Shown here piece by piece: positions 1 through 11,800 of a DNA stretch of 64,000 bases. Every line of letters begins with the position of its first letter. Positions within the stretch are counted from its first letter, which is position 1. The position numbers were made by a program, and so were the translations under genes. Location of the stretch: assembly GCA_965637545.1 (NCBI GenBank), contig OZ281498.1:4588001-4652000 (forward strand), given 5' to 3'. The stretch comes from Phallusia mammillata. Taxonomy: Eukaryota. The notes beneath the pieces were generated by a model. It was not told the origin of the DNA. It did not search any database and saw nothing but the letters and a program-made list of their open reading frames with translations.

Positions 1-497
1 GATAGAGTTTGTAGAAATTGTCACTGCTCTCATTTAATGGCAATGTTTTCACTAGGAAATTTCTGAAAAGTAACCCATAACAAAAAGCAGCCTATATAAT
101 ACAAAACGATACTTTAAATTTTTACTCTGCTTAGCCCCAGTCAAAAAATAAGGTACAGTAACAATGTCTATAGCTATTGCAAGTTATCAAAAATATCAAT
201 TTAGTGAATATGAGCGAGAACGGATGTGGTGTATTACAATCAAACTATTTAGTTTTACGAAGAGTATTGTTGTAAATAACCGTTTCAAGCATAAAAAAGA
301 GAAAACACTACAATACCGCGAGAAAAAGTAAAAAGGTCAGATACTGTATTAAAAAGTTCAGAACACAAGATTGATTTGAACATGAAAAAAATTGGTAACA
401 AATACGAAGGACTACATTGTGCAAAATATTTTTTTCCGTAGGTGTATCTGGCTACATTCACAAGCGCCCAAGGCGTACAGGCGTTAATAACCAAAAC

Positions 498-804
498 CAG
501 TGGTGTCCAATCTGTAAGTAGCGAAGCCGGGTCGCCTTAACTTTTTCTGGGGTCCATGGATATCACCAAATCCAATTTATTGGCGAGGTTTTAAGTGAAA
601 TTTTTCAAAAACAATGATTTTGGAATGTTTTTGTGTCGCCATGTTTTACTATAATTCTGAAAAGGACATTCAAGATTACTCGTGTTATTTAGTTTCAGCA
701 TTACTTGAAATATTTTTCTTCGCAACAAAAAAAGAGGTCGTAGGTAAATGCCGATTTGATTTTTTTTAATTGGGGTCGAATTTCAAAAAAGTTGGAGATC
801 ACTG
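498..804. mobile_element. hAT-type MITE (same family as 7688-8227)
   Basis: Imperfect TIRs CAGTGGTGTCCAATCT / AAGTTGGAGATCACTG. The subterminal GGGTCGCC..AACTTTTTCTGGGGTC is shared with the 7688 element. No clear TSD. Confidence 0.7.
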
Positions 805-904
805 GTTTAGACAACCAAAATCAGTATCGTAGAGACGATAATTTGTTTGTCTTTACCAGAATCAATCGGAAGAAAGTGTGTTGGAATTAGCCTAAGTCAG
901 AAAA

Positions 905-3900
905 ATGCTAAATAACAAAGGAAAAAGAATAGCAATACTGGCATTTATTATGTCCACAATCGTTGAAGGAATTGCACAAACGACACCAAACATCCCAGAA
1001 CAAGTTTCAATAACTTCAATCGCCGAAACTACGGACATGACAACTCGAGGTCCAACACAAGAAACTACAGAACATGTTTCGACAACTGGAATCGACGAAA
1101 CTACAGATATCACGGCTGAATCTGTAACACAAGAAACTACAGAAGTGGTTTCAACAACTGGAATCGACGAAACTACAGATATGACGACTGAATCTGTAAC
1201 ACAAGAAACAACAGAACTGGTTTCAACAACTGAAATCGACGAAACTACGGATATGAAAACTCCAGCTCCAACACAAGAAACAACAGAACAGGTTTCAACA
1301 ACTGGAATCGACGAAACTACAGATATGACGACCGAATCTGTAACACAAGAAACTACAGAACAGGTTTCAACAACTGGAATCGACGAAACTACAGATATGA
1401 CGACTGCATCTGTAACACAAGAAACTACAGAACAGGTTTCAACAACTGGAATCGACGAAACTACAGATATGACAACTCAAGCTCAAACACAAGAAACTAC
1501 AGAACAGGTTTCAATTACTGGAATCGACGAAACTACAGATATGACAACTCAAGCTCCAACACAAGAAACTACAGAACAGGTTTTAACAACTGGAATCGAC
1601 GAAACTACAGATATGACAACTCAAGCTACAACACAAGAAACTACAGAACAGGTTTCAACCACTGGAATCGACGAAACTACAGACATGACAACTCAAGCTC
1701 CAACACAAGAAACTACAGAACAGGTTTCAACAAATGGAATCGACGAAACTACAGATATGACAACTCAATCTCCAACACAAGAAACTACAGAACAGGTTTC
1801 AACAACTGGAATCGACGAAACTACAGATATGACGACTGAATATGCAACACAAGAAACTACAGAAGTGGTTTCAACAACTGGAATCGACGAAACTACAGAA
1901 ATGACGACGGCATTTGTAACACAAGAAACAACAGAACATGTTTCAACAACTGGAATAGACGAAACTACAGACATGACAACTCAATCACCAACACAAGAAA
2001 CTACAGAAGTGGTTTCAACAACTGGAATCGACGAAACTACAGATATGACGACTGAATATGCAACACAAGAAACTACAGAAGTGGTTTCAACAACTGGAAT
2101 CGACGAAACTACAGGTATGACGACTGAATATGCAACACAAGAAACTACAGAAGTGGTTTCAACAACTGGAATCGACGAAACTACAGATATGACAACTCAA
2201 GCACCAACACAAGAAACTACAGAACAGGTTTCAACAACTGGAATCGACGAAACTACAGATATGACGACTGAATATGCAACACAAGAAACTACAGAACAGG
2301 TTTCAACAACTGGAATCGACGAAACTACAGATATGACGACTGAATATGCAACACAAGAAACAACAGAAGTGATTTCAACAACTGGAATCGACGAAACTAC
2401 AGATGTCACGACTCCAGCTCCAACACAAGAAACTACAGAACAGGTTTCAACAACTGGAATCGACGAAACTACAGATATAACAACTCAAGCACCAACACAA
2501 GAAACTACAGAACAGGTTTCAACGAATGGAATCGACGAAACTACAGATATGACGACCGAATGTGTAACACAAGAAACTACAAAAGTGGTTTCAACAACTG
2601 GAATCGACGAAACTACAGATATGACGACCGAATCTGTAACACAAGAAACTACAGAAGTGGTTTCAACAACCGGAATAGACGAAATTACAGATATGACAAC
2701 TCAAGCACCAACACAAGAAACTACAGAAGTGGTTTCAACAACTGGAATCGACGAAACTACAGATATGACGACCGAATCTGCAACACAAGAAATTACAGAA
2801 GTGGTTTCAACAACTGGAATCGACGAAACTACAGAGATGACGACCGAATCTGTAACACAAGAAACTACAGAAGTGGTTTCAACAACCGGAATCGACGAAA
2901 CTACAGATATGACAACTCAAGCACCAACACAAGAAACTACAGAAGTGGTTTCAACAACCGGAATCGACGAAACTACAGATATGACGACCGAATCTGTAAC
3001 ACAAGAAACTACAGAAGTGGTTTCAACAACTGGAATCGACGAAACTACAGATATGACAACTCAAGCACCAACACAAGAAACTACAGAAGTGGTTTCAACA
3101 ACTGGTATCGACGAAACTACAGATATGACGACTGAATATGCAACACAAGAAACTACGGAAGTGGTTTCAACAACCGTAATCGACGAAACTACAGATATGA
3201 CAACTCAAGCACCAATACAAGAAACTACAGAACAGGTTTCAACAACTGGAATCGACGAAACTACAGATATGACGACTGAATATGCAACACAAGAAACAAC
3301 AGAACAGGTTTCAACAACTGGAATCGACGAAACTACAGATATGACGACCGAATCTGTAACACAAGAAACTACAGAAGTGGTTTCAACAACTGGAATCGAC
3401 GAAACTACAGATATTACCACTGAATATGCAACACAAGAAACAACAGAAGTGGTTTCAACCACTGGAATCGACGAAACTACAGATATGACAACTCAAGCAC
3501 CAACACAAGAAACTACAGAACAGGTTTCAACAACTGGAATCGACGGATCTACAGATATGACGACCGAATCTGTAACACAAGAAACTACAGAAGTGGTTTC
3601 AACAACCGTAATCGACGAAACTACAGATATGACAACTCAAGCACCAACACAAGAAACTACAGAAGTGGTTTCAACCACTGGAATCATCAACGAAACTACA
3701 GATATGACCACTGAATATGCAACACAAGAAACTACAGAAGTGGTTTCAACCACTGGAATCGACAAAACTACAGATATGACGACTGAATCTGTAACACAAG
3801 ACACTACAGAAGTGGTTTCAACAACTGGAATCGACGAAACTACAGATATGACGACTGAATATGCAACACAAGAAACTACAGAACAGGTTTCAACAACTGG

Positions 3901-6866
3901 AATCGACGAAACTACAGATATGACGACTGAATATGCAACACAAGAAACTACAGAACAGGTTTCAACAACTGGAATCGACGAAACTACAGATATGACGACT
4001 GAATATGCAACACAAGAAACTACAGAAGTGGTTTCAACAACTGGAATCGACGATACTACAGATATCACGACTCCAGCTCCAACACAAGAAACTACAGAAC
4101 AGGTTTCAACAACTGGAATCGACGAAACTACAGATATGACGACTGAATATGCAACACAAGAAACTACAGAAGTGGTTTCAACAACTGGAATCGACGATAC
4201 TACAGATATCACGACTCCAGCTCCAACACAAGAAACTACAGAACAGGTTTCAACAACTGGAATCGACGAAACTACAGATATGACGACTGCATCTGTAACA
4301 CAAGAAACTACAGAACAGGTTTCAACAACTGAAATTGGCGAAACTACAGATATGACAACTCAAGCTTCAACACAAGAAACTACAGAACAGGTTTCAACAA
4401 CTGGAATCGACGAAACTACAGATATGACGACTGAATCTGTAACACAGGAAACAACAGAACAGGTTTCAACAACTGGAATCGACGAAACTACAGATATGAC
4501 GACTGAATCTGTAACACAAGAAACTACAGAAGTGGTTTCAACAACTGAAATTGGCGAAACTACAGATATGACAACTCAAGCTTCAACACAAGAAACTACA
4601 GAAGTGGTTTCAACAACTGGAATCGACGAAACTACAGATATGACGACTGAATCTGTAACACAGGAAACAACAGAACAGGTTTCAACAACTGGAATCGACG
4701 AAACTACAGATATGACGACTCCAGCAATACAAGAAACAACAGAACGGGTTGCAACAACCCAAATCGCAGAATCCACACTATTCGTTACCACAGCAAGCAC
4801 AAGTGGAAGTAAGTATCGATAAATGGCGGTAGCGTACGCATTGCCTTTGAAACTAAGGTTTTTTGTTTTATTTTATTCATAGGCACAACACAATGTAACA
4901 GTACGTCCTGTGGTGCTGACCGCTGGTGCCTTCCAAATGGCCTTCAATGTGCGTGTGATCCAAATTTTTTTGAAGTAGATGGCGAATGTATGTCAGGTAA
5001 TTCGTATAAGAATGGACGCTAATACACGTTATAAGTTTCGTATCAAGAAAACTGACTACTTTATGATTGTGCATAGATTGATTTTAACATTCATTCATAG
5101 AACTTGCTCTGCAAACTCGTTGCTAAATCAACAAATCTGTTTTCTCTCATAGGAAGGCAATTCGGTGGAAAATTACACGTTGCTAACTCGAGACGTAAAA
5201 AACGAGCTACTATCGATGAAGTGCAGACTATCGTAAGTTTTTCGAAAGGTAACCATATCTAAGTTTAAATATTTAGGCTTTGGAAACATTTTGCTTTTAG
5301 ATCGAGGAGGCCTATAACAGTACGGAAGGATTTTCCAGTGCTGTAGTTGTAGGGGAATCAACAACACCATCATCATCATCGACAATATGGGACTACATAT
5401 TGACTTATCTGCCCTCGAGTCCAGTCAACGAAACTGATTTAGCTAACGCATTTTCCGTTTACGTGGTGTCGCAGGTAAATAGTTAAGATCCAACAAAACA
5501 TAAATAAAAAAACAGCTATTCCTAAAATGTAAAATAAACAAAAAATATGTTTTGACAATATATTTTGAATATTTCGTTCAGTGCGGTCCAAATCAAACAA
5601 CTTGTTCTGTGGGTGGAGTACCAATTTTAGTGGAAGAGTCAACGCGAGATGCAGGAAGTAAGTGTACATGAATCGCACTTGTTTAAAGTCGACTAAACTT
5701 ATTTCTGCAATTCAGGTTCGAGCGAAGTCGTTTGTAACGAGTTCGATGGATATTGCAATGCAACAAGCACAACCTGTCGGGTACAAAACGGAAATACGAT
5801 ATGTGAATGCAACTCAGGATATGTTCAGATTTCTGACAATGTGCAGTCTTGTGCACGTATGTCAAGTTGTACAAAAGGATTATAATCGATTTTAACACAT
5901 TTTCTCGGTGTTTTAGTACTGCGCACTTGCACAAGTAACAGTGATTGCAACGCACCGTTTGGATGGTGCGATGAAGCGGCAAACGACAATATTGGAGTGT
6001 GTACCTGTATGGTCGGTTTCGATGGGAATAATTGCTACAACCGTAAGTAAATATCACGCTCGGGCAAACAAAGTGTCAAACAAACTAATGAGAGCAAACA
6101 ATTGGGCAACTTTCCTCTCGAGTGACGCTTTAAATGAATAGTCGCCGAGCTAAAGAATGCTGTTACCACTTTTGTTTGTTCTAAGATGGAACCATTTATA
6201 TTAATGTTACACCCAAACTTAAAGGAAATGTAAATGTTCATGCTTTATCAAAAAATTAAAAGATTGTACAAATAAAGTCATATTGACTAAATAAAAATGT
6301 TTCACAGTAAAACTGAAAACAGTTTGGAAACAACTACATGTATTTTATTCTTAAATTATAAGGTCGTAATTACAACTGTTTTACAGCCTGGTTGTTTGTG
6401 TTTATCATTTTTGCATCCGCGATTGCTTTCCTCATTGTCGTGGCTGGAATTGTTCTAATTAAAAGACGGCATAGAAGTTCAGGCTCATTCGGAGGAAAGT
6501 GGATTGTGAGTGACATATTTTTACCTGCCTAAAACCGCCAAATGACAAGACTTTTATATTTTGTTAGGATGACGCATTCCCAACAAATCGTGAAAAGGCT
6601 CTTGCAACATATTGGAACGTAAGTCAATATTTAAGGCCACCGTTACACAAGCCTACTCCGCGAAAAACAAAGCAAACGGATAGTAAAACTATTTCAGCCG
6701 CCTTACTCGTAAAACTTTACAATGGACAAGACATTCTTTATGTAATATGGTTTACCTTACATAAAAACTCTGTTCACAGGAAATTTATTACGAAAGCCCT
6801 GACATTCCACCCCGTGCTACCCATGCCACAGTTGAAAGACACGAAATGGAAGAAATCAGCAGGTGA
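905..6866 (+). CDS. Type-I transmembrane mucin-like protein 1 (signal peptide, Thr/Glu repeat stalk, EGF, SEA-like, 2 EGF, TM, short tail)
   Basis: Exons with consistent GT-AG phases: 905-4808, 4883-4996 (EGF: CNSTSCGADRWCLPNGLQCACDPNFFEVDGEC), 5153-5232, 5301-5474, 5582-5657, 5716-5856 (EGF), 5917-6042 (EGF), 6387-6505 (TM: WLFVFIIFASAIAFLIVVAGIVLIKRR), 6568-6618, 6780-6866 (EIYYESPDIPPR...SR*). The 1305-aa ORF in the track is exon 1 read into the intron. Confidence 0.88.
1040..4740 (+). repeat. Coding tandem repeat, 72 bp / 24 aa unit, about 52 copies
   Basis: Unit TQETTE(Q/V)VSTTGIDETTDMTT(xxx), e.g. acacaagaaactacagaacaggtttcaacaactggaatcgacgaaactacagatatg. It is in frame with exon 1 of mucin 1. 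Confidence 0.97.
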
Positions 6867-7687
6867 GCAACACTCGATATGATTTGAAATGCGATTTACA
6901 TTTTTACAAATCATTGAAATTATGACTTTTTTTAACAGTTCAAGCTCTGAGGTAGTGAACACTGAAATGCATATTTAACACAAGTCGCCGGAAAGCTGCT
7001 ATTACAGAACACTAAAAAAGGTTCCAGGACTTGGGAGTAAATCGCATGCAAAAGTCAATTTCCAACAATTACACGAAAAACACTTGAAAACACAATCAGA
7101 AATTTAGGGGAAGTGAGAAAAGACAAGCTTATGCGAAACCGTGGTATCTATCCACCGACAAAGTTTGGAGCAAAGGGTGGAGCGTGCCAACCACCATGTG
7201 TTTATTTTGCCGTAACTTATTTACCAGTAGACCACAGTTGCACTATGCAGCCTGCACCTGTTATTCCAAGCGTTTTACGTTGTGTGATATTCGATGTATT
7301 ATGTTGTTGGTGTTTATTTTTCGAATTGGGCAATGTGTGCATTAAGTTTATGAGTTTCGCGTGATGTGTGCAAATGCTTTTAGCTCAGATTGATGATTCC
7401 GCACTTCTTGATATGATACACAAATACACTTAGAAATCCTCAGTGGCATTATCTTGTGGTAAACAACGTAAGCATAGATCTCAAGCCGTTTATTTGTACT
7501 TATAATAATAGAAACATAAAAACGCCGGTGTTCAGCAGGGATAAACAAAAAAACAGTGTGTTAAATTGCTGACTTTTTAGTAAAATAATAAAAGCAAGTG
7601 TGTTGTGCCGAATCGATCAGCAAACAGCATCTTGCCTCTATATTGCCACATAGCGGACACCAATTTTAAAATGTTCATCCTCTAGTG

Positions 7688-8227
7688 CAGTGGTCTTCAA
7701 CCTGTGGGTCGCGACCCCAAGTGGGGTCGCCTAAACTTTTTCTGGGGTCGCTATAAATTCAATCTATCGGCTTTTAAATTCATTACCAAAAAATGAACCG
7801 TTTTTGTCCCAGTTCGCAACCTTTGCTCATGTTTTGCAGTACATCTTGGTACCTCGTGTTACAATCTAATCATTGTGATGCAATAATCTAGTAAAAAACG
7901 TTGTCCAACCCATTGTTACGCGATAAAGAACCATGAATGGCACATTGTGTCCAAAATAATACAGCAGGAAAATACATAAAATTAACTGATTTCTGCAAAC
8001 TGGTAAGGCCAAATTAAATAAAACTTTTGGGTTCTACATTTGAGCGTAATATTGCACACTGAATGCTAATATTTAAAGTTTACTTGAAAATTAAGCGGGC
8101 ATATTTACATGAAAATAGTTTCAGTTTCGGCAATACCCCATATCGTAAAAAAATGGGGTCGCGTGTAAATGCTGTTTCAATTTTCCTTTAACTTGGGGTC
8201 GCTTTTAAAAAAGGTTGAAGACCACTG
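7688..8227. mobile_element. hAT (Buster-like) MITE A
   Basis: TIRs CAGTGGTCTTCAACCT / AGGTTGAAGACCACTG. 8-bp TSD CTCTAGTG at 7680-7687 and 8228-8235. Subterminal GGGGTCGC repeats. Confidence 0.92.
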
Positions 8228-8235
8228 CTCTAGTG

Positions 8236-8712
8236 CAGGGGTTCTCAAACGTTTTTGGTCTGTGGCCCAAATGTCTATTTTAATAGCGATTCGTGGCCCC
8301 ACGCGTGCTGTAAATTTGGGCACAAAAATGAAAAATAGAGTCAAAAACAGGCGAAATGGTTTCTAGTAATTTGTTTTTAATGAGATGCTCCGGAAATTTA
8401 GCCATATTTGCAGCTATTATTTAGTAAATTGCACTAATTGTTTCTGAAAAGTTAGCTAGTTCAATAAATGGCTACTTATCAATTCCCGCTACTCACATAC
8501 CTCACTACTCATCCACTTTGAACTGCTATCTCCCACCCACCAGCTAAAACCCATTGTTAGGAGACAATGACATTTCTTGCTAAATAATTATTGTTTTGCA
8601 AATATTATGTTTTTCAAAACAAAGCGCCTAATATCTACTGTATAACAAAACAGTAGAATGTGTTCAATTGTGGCCCAGTACTGGGCCATGGCCCACAGTT
8701 TGGGAACCACTG
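8236..8712. mobile_element. hAT (Buster-like) MITE B
   Basis: TIRs CAGGGGTTCTCAAAC / GTTTGGGAACCACTG. TSD CTCTAGTG at 8228-8235 and 8713-8720. Subterminal TGTGGCCC repeats. A homologous copy lies at 55710-56038. Confidence 0.92.
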
Positions 8713-8851
8713 CTCTAGTGCGACAGACATTATTTTCGTTTCTTTTTTTGTAATTTATTAAACGCGTAATTTTGTCTGAATTTATTTCGGTTATTTATAA
8801 AGCTCCTGACAGATCCAGTGAAAAAATATGTAGCTGTAATGCACGACAGCA

Positions 8852-11800
8852 TTAAGGTTGCATTTCAAAAATGCGATTGTCTGCAGTTATTTCCTTGCCA
8901 CACTTTCTCCTTAGTTCTTGATCCTTTGCCTGAATCCATTTGTTGGCGACTAAAAAAATATTAGAAATTTTTAATATTAGTTTCAATAAAAATAGTGTAA
9001 ATAAAAAACGGACAATGAGGGCTATATGATACACCCAAACCTTTAACACAAACTTAAACTTTCTTACTTGCTATTTTCCATTCTTTTGCTTTCAATCGAA
9101 GCTCTTGTTATACCTGTCACTCAATTGCTTCACTGTTCTTAAATAAATTATAGAATAAAACTTCTGCTTCACACTACACGTTCCTCAAAGGCTAACTTCG
9201 TGCAATTGCTTCTCACTACCTCGCCAAAACAGTGGCGTCGAAAACCGAAAATTTCATATCAACCGGTCACTAACTGGTGTTTAGTGTCACAAATACACGA
9301 CGCTTGCGAATTGCGATTTTGACTTTAAATAATTTGTGTGACGGAAATGGTCAAAACATTCTCGCGTCAGCACTATTACTTCAAATACGTGATTTCGAGC
9401 TGGTTTTACTCTAGCCCCGTCAGACCAATCACTTAAACGTTCGACTGGCACCGAGTCAAATGCAAGAGATCTGCTTGGCCTGGCCTATTTTAATGCATCT
9501 GTATTACAGACTAATCCGGTTAACTGCATAACCAATTTACCAGCCATTTTGCAATTTACCGGATTCATGTTCACTTACATATGTTGCTAATATTTTACCT
9601 CGTAAAATTTCCGCAACGTGTTTATTTTACCTTTTTTCAACAAGAAAACATTCCCTTCAGTAATGAAGTTTGTTATGCTATTTATTCACAACTGTTCTAT
9701 CCTATTCTAGCCTACAAAGACAACTACAACTTGTAAAATATTTATGGAAACTAAAATACGGACTTAATTTCAACTCAATTCCGAAAACAACTTGTCACAG
9801 TTTGCAACAATAACAAAGTTGCAATGCAAACCATTTTCTCCTATGGATCTATGAACATTGGAGTCGGTGGATCAAAATATATGAACTAGTACTAGTCTAA
9901 TTGCAAAAGCCCTATCCGCATTAACCTATTAGTGCTAACCAAAAACAAACCAAACCGTTCACTTCTTTAAATCACCAAACTCACTCCACTTGACGCCAGT
10001 TAGCACAGGACATGCAGCGTGAACAGTACGTAAATCTCCTTCTCCAGATGGATAGAGGTTGTACCAAAAAACTGCGCTTCCCTTTATCGGTCTAACTCCA
10101 ATTTTAGGTTCGAGAAAAACAGTGGTGCCTCCATGCTTAACGTCGCTTAGCTACAGAAAAAAGGGGCCAGAAATACCAAAATCACCAAAAATAATCATAA
10201 TAGGATACAAAGTTTTTTTTTAATTTTTGCTTCCAGAAAGTACTTGCGTGAAATAAAAAAATGCAAATTTTCAACTGTTGCGGGAACCGTTAACAATTTG
10301 AACATTAATCATAAATCGCCGCATTTAAAACAAATTAGTAAGTTAGAATGTGTTTGCATGACAATTATGACATCAACAACACACGATCGCTGCGTGCTCA
10401 GTATAACTTACATAAACAAGAAATGTAGCGATCCTTTTATCATCTGAATCAATCATGTTAGTTAGGTCCTGTAAGTCCAAAAAATATACACAATGATGGC
10501 GCTCAATTTGTACTTAATTTAATACGCAATATCCTACCTTCGTTTCATCAAAATCACAGTGAGGTGCGTAATAACCACCAATACCATAATTGGCAACCTT
10601 TAAAATTAAAAAAGCAGTTATCTTAGGCAGCCGGGACAAAGGATTAGGAAATACTTCGTTTATTTTGTCTCTCAAATGCAATTTGGTTTTTAAGAGGGAT
10701 TAAACCTAAAATAAGTAACTGGAATTAATTTATAGTGTGATTTTAATTAGAAAAGAGGTTTGCATTCATAATGTTGACCATAAATTTTATGCGATTTAGC
10801 CTTTTTTTCAACAGGAAAAAGGAGCAATGTAACAATTTTACTTCATTTTTTTAAAGTTTAACGAAAACATAGCGGCCCAAATACGTTATGGTTCAGACGC
10901 TTCGAAAAATATGTTTGCCCGTTATCAGTGATAAAAAGAAAAACATATAATGAAGCGGTTTAGGAATACCTGCAAATCTTCTGCTGTCGCCATTGACAAA
11001 CCGGTTAGGGCTGAAATCCTTTCGCTCAAAGATTCCACCACGGTATCTTCCCAGTCTTCCATCCATGCACTTTTGCTTATTCGATAGTTTGCCAACTGTC
11101 CAACTCCCGTAAAAACATTGTGAACTTGTGATCGATGCAGCTAAATCAAAATTTCGAATTTATCAGTCCCCTCCCCCATAAACTATGCATATACCATAAA
11201 CCTTCTGGTTAAGAAGACATGTAATATTTTTCAATACAAGGTATTTGTTTTTCGAGGCAAGTAAAAAGAGACTTCTTTGGATTTTTGATGTTTATAATTA
11301 TTAGGCATTTCAATACAGTTAAGATGCACCACCGGGTTAAACTTGTGGTATAACTTTGTGGCGCATCAGACATCAGTGTATTGATTTGCGATAATTGTTC
11401 ATTGAAATTAACAGAAAGCTAGCCATCCAAACCAGACGGTTTTAATTGATTTTGTGCATTTCGTCAAATATTTGGTATTAAGCAGCTGTTGACAATCTTG
11501 ATAGCAATATACCCTCTTGTTGATGATGAAAATATGGTAAGCCTAACATAAACACATTTTGGTCAACAAAAACCACATTTCACAAATGATAAAAAAATTC
11601 AAGTATGGTACCAATAACAACGAATTTAAAACTCGTTTCGAAGGTAATTATATTAAAATATACTTGTTGTTAAAATTTTTGTCAAAATGCTCGAGGCATC
11701 CTACGTACCCTGGGTTTTGCAATGGATTTTATATGGGTGATTTCTCGATCCGATAAGACGTCGTGGAACCTAACTAGATGCGGGGAGGGCCACAATTCTT

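Noticed and set aside
1040-4740. Regular repeat with variable inserts resembling a CRISPR array
   Set aside because: The period is a multiple of 3 and in frame within a eukaryotic exon. The variable parts recur rather than being unique spacers, and there are no cas genes.
892-4800. Several antisense and alternate-frame ORFs (Val/Ser-rich, and the NYR-rich 2560-3135)
   Set aside because: They are shadows of the Thr-codon-rich 72-bp coding repeat, which lacks stops in other frames. They have no independent signal or splice context.
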